Both the position numbers and the translations under genes were made by a program. From Clostridia bacterium (GTDB taxonomy: Bacteria; Bacillota; Clostridia; UMGS1883; UMGS1540), in assembly GCA_045590155.1 (NCBI GenBank), contig JAZNQL010000005.1:1-63016 (forward strand): 63,016 nucleotides of DNA, read 5' to 3'. This document shows positions 30,691 to 40,849 of the stretch, one piece after another. How positions within the stretch are numbered: position 1 is the first letter of the stretch; the number at the start of each line of letters is the position of its first letter. The notes beneath the pieces were generated by a model. It was not told the origin of the DNA. It was given only the letters and a program-made list of their open reading frames with translations, and did no database searches.

Positions 30691-31944
30691 ATGATTTACC
30701 GAAGTGATGCTGGACTTTCTGACAGCGAGATTTTTAAAGCGATAAAAGAGTCGGTTGAGGGTAAAGACCTTAAAAAGGTTTTGATTTTACCCCCTGACTT
30801 TACAAGAATGTATTCGGGTGCTGGTAAAATTACCGCAATGTATTATGAAATATTAAAGGATAAGTGCGAGGTCGATATATTGCCTGCACTCGGTACGCAC
30901 GAGGCTATGACAAAGGCTGAATGTACCGCATTTTTCGGCGAGGGAGTTCCTTTCGAAAAAATACTTGTTCATAACTGGAGAACAGATGTTGTAAAGCTTG
31001 GCGAGGTTCCCGCTGAATTTGTGTCAGAGGTTTCGGAAGGGCTTGTAAATAATTCAATCGACGTTGAAGTAAACCGTCTTTTAATGGACGAAAGCTACGA
31101 CCTTATAATCTCGGTAGGACAGGTAGTTCCCCACGAGGTTGTAGGTATGGCAAACTATTCAAAAAACATATTTGTAGGCTGCGGCGGAAGCAGTATGATT
31201 AACAGTTCTCATATGCTTGGTGCTTTTTATGGTATGGAACGCATAATGGGTAAAGACTTTTCGCCTGTACGAAAGGTGTTTGACTATGCGCAGGAAAACT
31301 TCCTTGCAAACCGTCCCATTATGTTTGTGTTAACTGTTAATACAAGCGAGGGCGACGATGTATTTATGCACGGTCTTTATATAGGAAGCGAGCGTAAATA
31401 TTTTGAAGAAGCTGTTAAAGACAGCCGTAAATATAACCTCACATTTTTAGATAAACCCATTAAAAAGGCAGTTGTATATTTAGACCCCAGAGAGTTTAAA
31501 AGCACATGGCTTGGCAACAAGGCAGTTTACCGTACCCGTATGGCAATAGAGGACGGCGGAGACCTTATAATTTTAGCACCCGCTGTTAAAAAGTTCGGCG
31601 AGGATGATGAAAATGACCGACTTATCAGAAAATACGGCTATGTTGGCAGAGAAAATATATTAAAGCTTGTAGCTGAAAACGAAGATTTAAAAGAAAATCT
31701 TTCTGTTGCAGCACATTTAATTCACGGCTCAAGCGACGGAAGATTTAATATAACCTACTGCACAAAAGAGCTTTCAAAAGAAGAAGTTTTAGGTGCAGGT
31801 TTTAACTATATGCCCTATGATGAGGCAGTAGCAAAATATCCTGCCCAAAAGCTTTCGGACGGCTACAACACATTGCCCGACGGAGAAGAAATATTCTATA
31901 TAAGCAATCCTGCTTTAGGTCTTTGGGACGTAGAAGGTAAATAA
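30691..31944 (+). CDS. LarA-family (lactate racemase-like, nickel-pincer cofactor type) hydroxyacid racemase/epimerase, substrate unknown
   Basis: 417 aa. The ATG lies 1 nt after the gyrA stop, and the RBS GAGGAGG is inside gyrA. It has D36-F-T-R39, G-T-H70, H148, K158 and H174. The H-to-K-to-H spacing (10 and 16 residues) equals that of LarA His174/Lys184/His200. Confidence 0.75.
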   Translation: MIYRSDAGLSDSEIFKAIKESVEGKDLKKVLILPPDFTRMYSGAGKITAMYYEILKDKCEVDILPALGTHEAMTKAECTAFFGEGVPFEKILVHNWRTDVVKLGEVPAEFVSEVSEGLVNNSIDVEVNRLLMDESYDLIISVGQVVPHEVVGMANYSKNIFVGCGGSSMINSSHMLGAFYGMERIMGKDFSPVRKVFDYAQENFLANRPIMFVLTVNTSEGDDVFMHGLYIGSERKYFEEAVKDSRKYNLTFLDKPIKKAVVYLDPREFKSTWLGNKAVYRTRMAIEDGGDLIILAPAVKKFGEDDENDRLIRKYGYVGRENILKLVAENEDLKENLSVAAHLIHGSSDGRFNITYCTKELSKEEVLGAGFNYMPYDEAVAKYPAQKLSDGYNTLPDGEEIFYISNPALGLWDVEGK

Positions 31945-31982
31945 AAATTTATAATAAATTTCTTTATGAAAGGACAGTAAAA

Positions 31983-33446
31983 ATGTATAAGGACTTCATT
32001 GTAAAGGGAACAAACCCCGAAAATTACGGCGTTTATCCGAAATCGGTAAACCAAGTAGACGGAAAAAAAGTTTTTATGGCTGAAGATAACGGACAAACCG
32101 TTATTATTGCAGATGCTTCATTAGGATTTGAAGGAGAAAAATTTGAAGCAGAAGGCAAAAGCTACATAAAAGCACCTCTTTCAAATAAAAACGGTAACGT
32201 TTTAAGAAAGCTTTTTCCCTTTACAGCACCTATTTCGGTTTTAAAAAAGGAAAGAAGCTTTGGTGTAGGCGACAGACTTGGTATAGCATCCTTTGGGCAT
32301 ATCAAGGTTTTTGAAAAATTTGATGCTTACCCCGTTTTGGCACAGCAGTCAATAAGAGAATTAACTCTTACAAACAGAACCTATGAAGATGTTTTAGACT
32401 CTGCAAGCTTTGCAGTATTCCGCGAAGGCTTTAAAAAAGGATTTGGCGCAGATGGCGACCATTTAAAGAAACCCGAAGATGTTAAATATGCATTAGACCT
32501 CGGTTTTACCATGATTACTCTTGACTGCTCGGAATATATCGGCACAGGAATTGAAGACCTTTCGGCAGAAGAAGTAGACGCAAGATATAAAAAAGACGAA
32601 AAGCTTGAAGCAGATTACATAGGTAAAGAATTCAATATAGGCGAAGGGGTAACATTAACCTTCAGCGAAGATGAGTTTAAGAGAATTGTTTTAATCTACG
32701 GCGAAGCTGTTGAATTTGCTACAAAGATTTATAATGATTTCTTTGCAAGCGGAAAATATGATGCAGACTTTGAAATTTCGATAGACGAAACAATGACTCC
32801 CACAACACCTCTCCAGCACTTCTTTGTTGCAAACGAGCTTGTAAGACGCGGTGTTAAAATAGCAACAATGGCACCCAGGTTCTGCGGAGAGTTCCAGAAA
32901 GGTATAGATTATATAGGCGACCTTGCTCAGTTTGACAGAGAAATGCAGGTTCACGCAGTTATTGCCCGTCACTTTGGCTACAAATTAAGTATCCATTCAG
33001 GTTCAGACAAGTTTTCGGCTTTCCCCTATATCGGAAAGCACACTAAAGGAGTTTTCCATGTTAAAACAGCAGGTACAAACTGGCTTGAAGCTATGAGAGT
33101 TACCGCTTTGACAGATGCAAAACTTTACCGTGAAGTACACACCTATGCGCTTGAAGCATTTAAAGAAGCTTCAACCTACTACCATGTAACAACCGACCTT
33201 GCAAAAATCCCTGCGATTGATACATTGAGCGATGCAGAACTTCCCACACTTTTTGACCACAATGATGCACGTCAGCTTATACATATAACCTACGGTCTTA
33301 TCCTTCAAAAGAAAAATGCTGACGGAAGCTTTACCTTCCGTGACAGACTCTATAAAAACTGGAAAGACAACGAAAATGCGTATGCAGATGCACTCTTAAA
33401 GCATATTGGCAGACATCTTCGTGATTTGGGAGTAGCTGAAAAATAA
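31983..33446 (+). CDS. Tagaturonate/fructuronate epimerase (UxaE) family protein
   Basis: 487 aa. The size and the SFGVGDRLG..GH motif near residue 95 fit my recollection of the UxaE family. It is adjacent to sugar-acid genes. This was not confirmed by a search. Confidence 0.6.
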   Translation: MYKDFIVKGTNPENYGVYPKSVNQVDGKKVFMAEDNGQTVIIADASLGFEGEKFEAEGKSYIKAPLSNKNGNVLRKLFPFTAPISVLKKERSFGVGDRLGIASFGHIKVFEKFDAYPVLAQQSIRELTLTNRTYEDVLDSASFAVFREGFKKGFGADGDHLKKPEDVKYALDLGFTMITLDCSEYIGTGIEDLSAEEVDARYKKDEKLEADYIGKEFNIGEGVTLTFSEDEFKRIVLIYGEAVEFATKIYNDFFASGKYDADFEISIDETMTPTTPLQHFFVANELVRRGVKIATMAPRFCGEFQKGIDYIGDLAQFDREMQVHAVIARHFGYKLSIHSGSDKFSAFPYIGKHTKGVFHVKTAGTNWLEAMRVTALTDAKLYREVHTYALEAFKEASTYYHVTTDLAKIPAIDTLSDAELPTLFDHNDARQLIHITYGLILQKKNADGSFTFRDRLYKNWKDNENAYADALLKHIGRHLRDLGVAEK

Positions 33447-34285
33447 TGGAAAGACTTATTGATCTTCATACACACTCGATTAAATCTGACGGTTCTCTTC
33501 CCCCAAGAGAGGTTATACGCTGTGCAAAAGAAAGCGGACTTTCGGCTGTTGCTCTTTCTGACCACGACACCATTGACGGTGTAAGAGAGGCTATGGACGA
33601 GGGCGAAAAGCTTGGGATAGAGGTTGTCCCTGCAATAGAGCTTTCTGCAAAATCAAAAGCGGCGGTACATATTTTGGGCTATTATATAGACCTTGACAGC
33701 AAGTTTTTGAATCAGGAGCTTGCAACGGCACGATATGTAAGAGAGCAAAGGAACAAGCAGACTGCAAAAAATCTGCAGGCGGTAGGTTTTGATGTTACAA
33801 TGGAAGAAGCTTTAGCTTTAGCCCCGGGCGGACTTGTGGGCAGAGCTCACTTTGCAAAGGTAATGGTGCAAAAGGGATATGCCGAAAGTGTAAAAGATGC
33901 ATTCCGCAGATTTTTGGACCCCGGAAAACCGGGTTACTGCACAGCACAGCTTTTTAGCCCTGAAGATGCAGTTCATTTAATAAAAAGGTCTGGCGGCAAG
34001 GCGTTTTTGGCACACCTTCATCAGACAAAGCTTGAAGGAGAAGAGCTTTTTAAGTTTGTTTCCCACCTTAAAGACCAGGGACTTGACGGTATTGAAGGCT
34101 ATTACACAGAATACACCCCCAAAATGAACGAAGAGTACCGTGGAATAGCAAAAAAATTAGACCTTTGTCTTTCGGGCGGAACAGATTTTCACGCAGAAAT
34201 GAAACCTCATATAAAAATAGGAAGAGGTCTTGGAGATTTAAAAATTCCTTATAGTGTATTAGAAAATATAAAAAATTTAAAATAA
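33446..34285 (+). CDS. PHP-domain metal-dependent phosphoesterase (TrpH/YciV type)
   Basis: 279 aa with IDLHTHSIKSDGS, LSDHDTIDG, the HILGYY motif and a C-terminal GGTDFH. Confidence 0.8.
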   Translation: MERLIDLHTHSIKSDGSLPPREVIRCAKESGLSAVALSDHDTIDGVREAMDEGEKLGIEVVPAIELSAKSKAAVHILGYYIDLDSKFLNQELATARYVREQRNKQTAKNLQAVGFDVTMEEALALAPGGLVGRAHFAKVMVQKGYAESVKDAFRRFLDPGKPGYCTAQLFSPEDAVHLIKRSGGKAFLAHLHQTKLEGEELFKFVSHLKDQGLDGIEGYYTEYTPKMNEEYRGIAKKLDLCLSGGTDFHAEMKPHIKIGRGLGDLKIPYSVLENIKNLK

Positions 34286-34301
34286 AAAGGAGCTTTAAAC
34301 T

Positions 34302-35753
34302 ATGAAAAAATCAGACATCGGACTTATAGGTCTTGCCGTAATGGGCGAAAACCTTGTTATGAACATGGAAAGCAAAGGATTTACCGTTTCTGTTTACAAT
34401 CGTACAACACAAAAGGTAACAGACTTTGTTGAAGGCAGAGCAAAGGGTAAAAACATCGTTGGTACATACTCACTTGAAGAGCTTGTTGCAAGCCTTGAAA
34501 AGCCAAGAAGAGTTATGATGATGATTAAGGCAGGCAGTGCAGTTGACGCTACTATTGAAAGCTTGATTCCCCTTTTAGAAGAAGGCGACATTATTATTGA
34601 CGGCGGTAACTCACACTTCCCTGACACAGCACGCAGAACGGAATATGTTGAAAGCAAAGGCCTTTTATATATCGGTACAGGCGTATCCGGCGGCGAAGAG
34701 GGTGCATTAAACGGCCCCAGCATGATGCCCGGCGGTTCTCCCGCTGCATGGGAAGCTGTAAAGCCTATTTTAACAGCTATCTGTGCAAAGGTTGAAGACG
34801 GTTCCCCCTGTTGCGACTGGGTTGGCGAAAACGGTGCAGGTCACTTTGTAAAAATGGTACATAACGGTATCGAATACGGCGATATGCAGCTTATTTGCGA
34901 AGCTTACCAGTTAATGCGTGATTACCTTGGTATGACTGCAGACGAAATGCACGAAGTTTTTGCTGAGTGGAACGAAACAGAGCTTGACAGCTATCTTATA
35001 GAAATTACCCGTGACATTTTAGGCTACAAGGATACAGACGGTGCTCCCATTGTTGACAAAATTCTTGACACCGCAGGTCAGAAGGGTACAGGTAAGTGGA
35101 CAGGTATTGCAGCACTTGACGAGGGAGTTCCTCTTACACTTATCGGAGAAGCAGTTTTCTCAAGATGCTTAAGTGCAATCAAAGAAGAAAGAGTTGAAGC
35201 TTCTAAAATCTTAACAGGCCCCACACCTAAATTTGAAGGCGACAAGGCTGCATTTATAAATGATATTAAGGATGCACTTTTTGCAGCAAAAATAGTATCC
35301 TATGCACAGGGCTACACACTTATGCGTTCAGCAGCTAAAACCTACGGCTGGAACTTAAACTACGGCGGAATCGCTTTGATGTGGAGAGGCGGGTGTATTA
35401 TAAGAAGCGTATTCTTAGGCAAAATTAAGGATGCGTTTGACAAAAATCCTGAACTTACAAACCTTCTTTTAGACCCCTACTTCAAGGAAATTATTGAAAA
35501 GGCACAGGCCGGCTGGAGAAGAGTATGTGCAAAGGCTATGGAAAACGGAATCCCCGTACCTGCTATGACAACAGCTCTTTGCTACTATGACGGATACCGT
35601 TGTGCAAATCTCCCCGCAAACCTCCTGCAGGCACAGCGTGACTATTTCGGTGCTCACACTTATGAAAGAGTTGATAAAGCACGCGGCGAGTTCTTCCACA
35701 CAAACTGGACAGGTTTAGGCGGAAACACTGCTGCTACAAACTACACAGTTTAA
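34302..35753 (+). CDS. gnd: 6-phosphogluconate dehydrogenase, decarboxylating
   Basis: 483 aa with the Rossmann motif GLIGLAVMGENLVMN, plus GGNSHF, GTGVSGGEEGA and HNGIEYGDMQLI. Confidence 0.93.
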   Translation: MKKSDIGLIGLAVMGENLVMNMESKGFTVSVYNRTTQKVTDFVEGRAKGKNIVGTYSLEELVASLEKPRRVMMMIKAGSAVDATIESLIPLLEEGDIIIDGGNSHFPDTARRTEYVESKGLLYIGTGVSGGEEGALNGPSMMPGGSPAAWEAVKPILTAICAKVEDGSPCCDWVGENGAGHFVKMVHNGIEYGDMQLICEAYQLMRDYLGMTADEMHEVFAEWNETELDSYLIEITRDILGYKDTDGAPIVDKILDTAGQKGTGKWTGIAALDEGVPLTLIGEAVFSRCLSAIKEERVEASKILTGPTPKFEGDKAAFINDIKDALFAAKIVSYAQGYTLMRSAAKTYGWNLNYGGIALMWRGGCIIRSVFLGKIKDAFDKNPELTNLLLDPYFKEIIEKAQAGWRRVCAKAMENGIPVPAMTTALCYYDGYRCANLPANLLQAQRDYFGAHTYERVDKARGEFFHTNWTGLGGNTAATNYTV

Positions 35754-35773
35754 TTTAAGAAAGGGACATAAAA

Positions 35774-36850
35774 ATGATTAAGTTAAAAGAAAATTGCAAA
35801 TATTCACTCGTAGTTCCTACAAGTATGGGTGTAAGAATAAGCCCCGCTTCAGGTCAGCCTGTTGGTTCTACCGATACATTCTTTATGCAGGCAACAAGTG
35901 CTGAAACCAATGTTGCAAGCATAGCTTCATATTTAGGCCTTCCCGTAAAAGTTTTAACAACCTTTGTAAAAGGCAGTCCTATTGCTAAATTTATAAAGTC
36001 AAACCTCCGTTCAAGAGGTATGGATTTTGAAGGTAAGGAAGTAGAACAAGGTAACCCCTGGGGCTACCGCCATCAGTTCAATATTGCTGACAGCGGATAC
36101 GGCTCAAGAGGTCCCAGAGTATTAAACGACCGTGCAGGCGAAGTTGGCAGAACACTTAATGTAGCTGATTTTGACCTTGAAAGAATTTTCGGACAGGAAG
36201 GAGTACAGATAGTTCATCTTTCGGGTCTTATTGCGGCACTCTCGCCCGATACAGGAAAATTCTGTCTTGAAATTGCAAGAGCTGCTAAAAAGTACGGCAC
36301 AGCAATTTCGTTTGACTTAAACTACCGTGCTTCCTTCTGGGAAAACAGAGAAGAAGAACTTCGTGCAATCTTTACAGAAATTGCAAGCCTTTCTGATATT
36401 CTGGAAGGCAACGAAGAAGATTTCCAGCTTTGCCTTGGCATAAAAGGTCCTGAAGCAGGCGGTAAGGGTCTTGCTTCAAAGATTGACGGATTTAAAGGTA
36501 TGATTAGCATTATAAAGGAAAAGTTCCCCAGTGCATCAGTATTTGCTACAACCTTGCGTGAAGTTAAAAATGCAAATACTCATCTTTGGGGTGCAATTAT
36601 GCTTGCAGGCGACCAGTGGCAGGTAGTTGAACCCAGAGAAATCCATGTTCTTGACCGTATAGGCGGCGGCGACGGATTTGTTGGCGGTCTTTTATACGGC
36701 ATATTAAAGGGATTTGATTACGAAAAATGCTTACAGTTTGGCTGGGCAAGCGGAGCTCTTGCTACAACCTTCTTAACAGACTACGCACAGCCTGCTGATG
36801 AAGAACAGGTTTGGAGCGTTTGGAGCGGAAACGCACGAGTAAAGAGATAA
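35774..36850 (+). CDS. PfkB-family sugar(-acid) kinase, KdgK-like
   Basis: 358 aa. The C-terminal PfkB signature (VLDRIGGGDGFVGGLLYG) is present, and the N-terminal region resembles long-form 2-dehydro-3-deoxygluconokinases. Substrate is unknown. Confidence 0.7.
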   Translation: MIKLKENCKYSLVVPTSMGVRISPASGQPVGSTDTFFMQATSAETNVASIASYLGLPVKVLTTFVKGSPIAKFIKSNLRSRGMDFEGKEVEQGNPWGYRHQFNIADSGYGSRGPRVLNDRAGEVGRTLNVADFDLERIFGQEGVQIVHLSGLIAALSPDTGKFCLEIARAAKKYGTAISFDLNYRASFWENREEELRAIFTEIASLSDILEGNEEDFQLCLGIKGPEAGGKGLASKIDGFKGMISIIKEKFPSASVFATTLREVKNANTHLWGAIMLAGDQWQVVEPREIHVLDRIGGGDGFVGGLLYGILKGFDYEKCLQFGWASGALATTFLTDYAQPADEEQVWSVWSGNARVKR

Positions 36851-36855
36851 AAAAT

Positions 36856-37566
36856 ATGAAAACCGTTGTAATAACAGGCGGTGCAAAGGGTATAGGTGCG
36901 GCATTGTGCCGCACCTTTGCCAAGCATTCGTATAATGTTTTAATAAACTATAACACCTCAAAGGAAAAGGCAGAAGAACTTGCAAAAGAACTTGGTGCAA
37001 AAACCTTTTGTGCAGATGTGTCGGACACAGAAAGTGCAAAAAGGCTTATTGAGTATGCCATAAAAACCTTTGGAGGAATTGATGTCCTTATAAATAATGC
37101 AGGTATATCCGAAAGAAAGCTTTTTTCGGATATTACAGAAGAAGACTGGGACAGAATGTTTTTAGTTAACACAAAATCTGTTTACAACACCTGCCACGCA
37201 GCAATGGAGACTTTTATCCATAAAAAGCAAGGAAAAATAATAAACATTTCCTCAATGTGGGGACAGGTAGGTGCATCCTGCGAAGTACACTACTCGGCAT
37301 CAAAAGCGGCGGTTATAGGCTTTACCAAGGCGCTTGCACAGGAGCTTGCACCGTCGGGCATAACTGTAAATGCTATTGCCCCCGGGGCAGTTAATACTGA
37401 TATGATGCACGACTTAACAGAAGAAGAAATAAAAGACTTTTGTAACGAAACACCGCTCGGAAGACTCGGCACCCCCGAGGAAATTGCTGATGCGGCACTT
37501 TATCTTGCAAATGCAGAGTTTATAACAGGTCAGGTTTTAGGCATAAACGGAGGAATTGTAATATGA
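36856..37566 (+). CDS. SDR-family oxidoreductase (FabG-like; possibly YmfI-type EF-P 5-aminopentanone reductase)
   Basis: The ORF track starts at 36811. I prefer the ATG at 36856 (MKTVVITGGAKGIG). It has NNAG, SSMWGQVGASCEVHYSASK (catalytic YxxxK) and PGAVNTDM. The stop overlaps the mnmE start (ATGA). Confidence 0.8.
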   Translation: MKTVVITGGAKGIGAALCRTFAKHSYNVLINYNTSKEKAEELAKELGAKTFCADVSDTESAKRLIEYAIKTFGGIDVLINNAGISERKLFSDITEEDWDRMFLVNTKSVYNTCHAAMETFIHKKQGKIINISSMWGQVGASCEVHYSASKAAVIGFTKALAQELAPSGITVNAIAPGAVNTDMMHDLTEEEIKDFCNETPLGRLGTPEEIADAALYLANAEFITGQVLGINGGIVI

Positions 37567-38900
37567 GCACCATTGCAGCCGTATCAACAGCACCGCAGGC
37601 AGGTGGTATAGCAATAATAAGAATAAGCGGACCCGATGCAGAAAAAATAGGCGATAAAATTTTTGCTGGCAAAGATTCTCTTTTAAAGGTTCAAACACAT
37701 CTTATGCAGTACGGCAAGGTGTTTGATAAAGAAGGAAAGCTTATCGACAAGGCACTTTGTGTTGTTATGCGCGCACCGCGTTCTTTTACAGGAGAAAATA
37801 CGGTTGAAATACATGTGCACGGCGGCAAGGTAGTTTCTCAAAAGGTACTTGAGGCGGCAATACACAAGGGTGCAGAGCTTGCTATGCCGGGCGAATTTAC
37901 AAAGCGTGCATTTTTAAACGGAAAAATGGATTTAACAGAAGCGGAAGCCGTTGCCGATATTATAAATTCTGAAACTGACAGGGCATTATATGCGGCGGCA
38001 AACCAGCTTGACGGAAAGTTATCAGGCGAGATAAACAGAATAAGAAATTTACTTTTAAACGTATCGGCAAGGCTTAATGTAAGTGCCGATTATCCGGAAG
38101 AGGATATTGATTTTAAGGAATCGGAATTTTTTAAGGAAGAGCTTTTACTTGTTAAAAATCAGCTTTCAAAGCTTTTAAAAACGGCGGCAGACGGAAAAAT
38201 TATCCGTGACGGAGTATCGTGCGCACTTATAGGAAGACCGAATACAGGTAAATCCTCGCTTATGAATGCTCTTTTGGGAGAAAAAAGAGTAATAGTTACC
38301 GATGTAGCAGGAACAACAAGAGATGTTGTTGAAGAAAGATTAAACATTAACGGAGTAATGTTTGTGCTTTCGGATACTGCGGGGATACGCGAGGGCGAAG
38401 GAGAAGCCGAAAAAATAGGAATAGCTCTTTCGGAAGAAAAAATGAAAAAAGCAGATATTTGTGTTTTAGTTCTTGACGGCACTAATATAACAGACGAGGA
38501 CACAGATTTAATAGAGAAAACCAAGGATAAAAAACGTATAATCCTTTTAAATAAATGCGATAAAGAAGGTTTTGACGCAAACTTTGACGGAATAAGAGTT
38601 TCGGCAAAGACAGGGGAAGGACTTGACAGATTAAAGGAAGAGCTTATAGATCTTTCGGCGGTTGATTCTCTTACCGAAAGCGAAAAAGTGAGAATTACTA
38701 ATTTAAGGCAGGAGGAAGCTGTAAAAAGGGCGCTTGAGCAGACTTCTTTGGCTTTAGAAACATTAGAGAACGGATTTCCGCCTGATCTTGCCGCAATAGA
38801 TGTTGAAAATGCGGCAGCTTCTTTAGGCGAAATTATAGGAATGACAGTATCAGACGAAATAATAGACAAAATCTTTTCGGAATTTTGTTTAGGTAAATAG
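37563..38900 (+). CDS. mnmE: tRNA modification GTPase MnmE
   Basis: 445 aa. It has the N-terminus [22 protein letters not shown]-domain motifs ([19 protein letters not shown]) and the C-terminal motif FCLGK. Confidence 0.95.
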   Translation: MSTIAAVSTAPQAGGIAIIRISGPDAEKIGDKIFAGKDSLLKVQTHLMQYGKVFDKEGKLIDKALCVVMRAPRSFTGENTVEIHVHGGKVVSQKVLEAAIHKGAELAMPGEFTKRAFLNGKMDLTEAEAVADIINSETDRALYAAANQLDGKLSGEINRIRNLLLNVSARLNVSADYPEEDIDFKESEFFKEELLLVKNQLSKLLKTAADGKIIRDGVSCALIGRPNTGKSSLMNALLGEKRVIVTDVAGTTRDVVEERLNINGVMFVLSDTAGIREGEGEAEKIGIALSEEKMKKADICVLVLDGTNITDEDTDLIEKTKDKKRIILLNKCDKEGFDANFDGIRVSAKTGEGLDRLKEELIDLSAVDSLTESEKVRITNLRQEEAVKRALEQTSLALETLENGFPPDLAAIDVENAAASLGEIIGMTVSDEIIDKIFSEFCLGK

Positions 38901-38910
38901 AGGTTTTTTT

Positions 38911-40779
38911 ATGACATACAATGCAGGAAAATTTGATGTAGCAGTAGTAGGAGCAGGCCACGCGGGATGCGAGGCGGCAATAGCGGCTGCAAAAATGGGT
39001 GTAAAAACGGTAGTATTTATGATGAGCCTTGACAGGGTTGCCAATATGGCGTGCAATCCCACAATAGGAGGTACATCAAAAGGACACCTTGTTCGTGAAA
39101 TAGATGCCCTGGGCGGTACTATGGGCAAAGCTACTGACGAAACATTTATTCAATCAAGAATGTTGAACACAGGCAAAGGCCCCGCCGTGCATTCACTTCG
39201 TGCGCAGGCAGATAAGTGGGCATACTCGCTTGAAATGAAAAAAAGACTTGAAGCGGAAGAAAAACTGGAAGTACGTCAGGGTGAAGTAGTAGAGGTAACC
39301 GCTGAAGACGGACATATAACAGGTGTTGTTACCGAAACGGGTGCTTTTTTTGAAGCAAAAGCCGTAATTATTGCAAGCGGAACATATTTGGGAGGCAAAA
39401 TTATAGTTGGCGAGCATAGTCATCACGGCGGACCCGACGGAATGTTCCCTGCCGACAGGCTTACCGATTCGTTGCGTGAGCTTGGGGTTGAGCTTATGCG
39501 TTTTAAAACGGGTACACCGCCCAGAATAAGCAGAAAAACTGTTGATTTTTCAAAAATGGAAGAACAGAAGGGCGATGACGAAATAACTCCCTTCTCATTT
39601 GAAACCACAAAAGAGCTTGAAAATAAGGAATCCTGCTATCTTACATATACGAACGAAAAAACTCACGAGATTATAAGACAAAACTTGCACCGCGCACCAA
39701 TGTATAGCGGGCAGATAAACGGTGTAGGCGCAAGGTATTGCCCCTCAATTGAGGATAAGGTAGTAAGATTTGCCGAAAAAAACCGACACCAGATTTTTAT
39801 TGAGCCTATGGGTCTTTCAAGTGATGAAATGTATGTGCAGGGACTTTCTACCTCGATGCCCGAGGATGTTCAGCTTAAGATGCTTCATTCCATCGAAGGG
39901 CTTGAAAACTGCAAAATGATGAGAACAGGTTATGCAATAGAATATGAATGCTGTAACCCCTTGCAACTTAAGGCAAGCCTTGAGTTTAAAAATATAAAGG
40001 GACTTTTCGGTGCAGGTCAGTTTAACGGTACATCGGGATATGAGGAAGCTGCAGCACAAGGTCTTATTGCGGGAATAAATGCTGCAAGACTTGTGCAAGG
40101 CAAAAGCGAAATTACCGTTGCAAGAGACGAAGGATACATTGGCGTTTTAATAGATGACCTTGTAACCAAAGGCACAAACGAGCCTTACAGAATGATGACA
40201 TCCCGTGCCGAATACAGGCTTTTGCTCCGTCAGGACAATGCCGATGAGAGATTGACCGAAAAAGGCTACGAAGCGGGTCTTATATCAGAGGAAAGATACA
40301 ACAACTTTTTACAAAAGCAAAAAGAGATCAAAAAAGAGATTGAAAGGCTTGAAAAAACCTCTGTTCCCCCCACAGACGAGCTTAATGCCATTTTAAAAGA
40401 AGCAGGAAGCGAGCCGCTTACAACTGGTATCCGCCTTGCAGACCTTTTAAGAAGACCGAATATTACATATAAAAGCCTTGAGGCAGTTGACAAAGAAAGA
40501 CCTTCGCTTTCAAGAGCGGTAGCAGAGCAGGCAGAAATAAAAATAAAATATGCAGGATATATAAAAAGACAAAGAGCAGCTGCCGAGCAGTTTGCAAAAA
40601 TGGAATCCAAAAAAATTCCCGACGATATAAACTATGATGATGTAAGCGGTCTTCGTATAGAGGCACGCCAAAAGCTTTCGGCGCAACGACCTGAAAATTT
40701 GGGCAGAGCATCAAGAATATCGGGCGTTTCCCCTGCCGATATCGCAGTCTTGATGGTTTATATGGAAAGAAGAAAGTAA
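38911..40779 (+). CDS. mnmG: tRNA uridine 5-carboxymethylaminomethyl modification enzyme MnmG (GidA)
   Basis: 622 aa with FAD motif [15 protein letters not shown], plus [16 protein letters not shown] and [16 protein letters not shown]. Confidence 0.96.
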   Translation: MTYNAGKFDVAVVGAGHAGCEAAIAAAKMGVKTVVFMMSLDRVANMACNPTIGGTSKGHLVREIDALGGTMGKATDETFIQSRMLNTGKGPAVHSLRAQADKWAYSLEMKKRLEAEEKLEVRQGEVVEVTAEDGHITGVVTETGAFFEAKAVIIASGTYLGGKIIVGEHSHHGGPDGMFPADRLTDSLRELGVELMRFKTGTPPRISRKTVDFSKMEEQKGDDEITPFSFETTKELENKESCYLTYTNEKTHEIIRQNLHRAPMYSGQINGVGARYCPSIEDKVVRFAEKNRHQIFIEPMGLSSDEMYVQGLSTSMPEDVQLKMLHSIEGLENCKMMRTGYAIEYECCNPLQLKASLEFKNIKGLFGAGQFNGTSGYEEAAAQGLIAGINAARLVQGKSEITVARDEGYIGVLIDDLVTKGTNEPYRMMTSRAEYRLLLRQDNADERLTEKGYEAGLISEERYNNFLQKQKEIKKEIERLEKTSVPPTDELNAILKEAGSEPLTTGIRLADLLRRPNITYKSLEAVDKERPSLSRAVAEQAEIKIKYAGYIKRQRAAAEQFAKMESKKIPDDINYDDVSGLRIEARQKLSAQRPENLGRASRISGVSPADIAVLMVYMERRK

Positions 40780-40802
40780 AAGATATTCATATATGAATAC
40801 AC

Positions 40803-40835
40803 AAAAAGGTCACAGCAAAAAGCTGTGACCTTTTT
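40803..40835. terminator. Strong bidirectional intrinsic terminator between mnmG and the convergent SLH hydrolase gene
   Basis: AAAAAGGTCACAGC-AAAA-GCTGTGACCTTTTT. Confidence 0.85.
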
Positions 40836-40849
40836 ACATACTAAAAATA

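Noticed and set aside
38159-38869. 236-aa ORF antisense to mnmE
   Set aside because: It lies entirely inside, and opposite to, a well-supported mnmE frame. The product is Ser/Phe/Ile-rich and of low complexity, which is typical for the reverse frame of GAA/AAA-rich coding DNA. There is no RBS.
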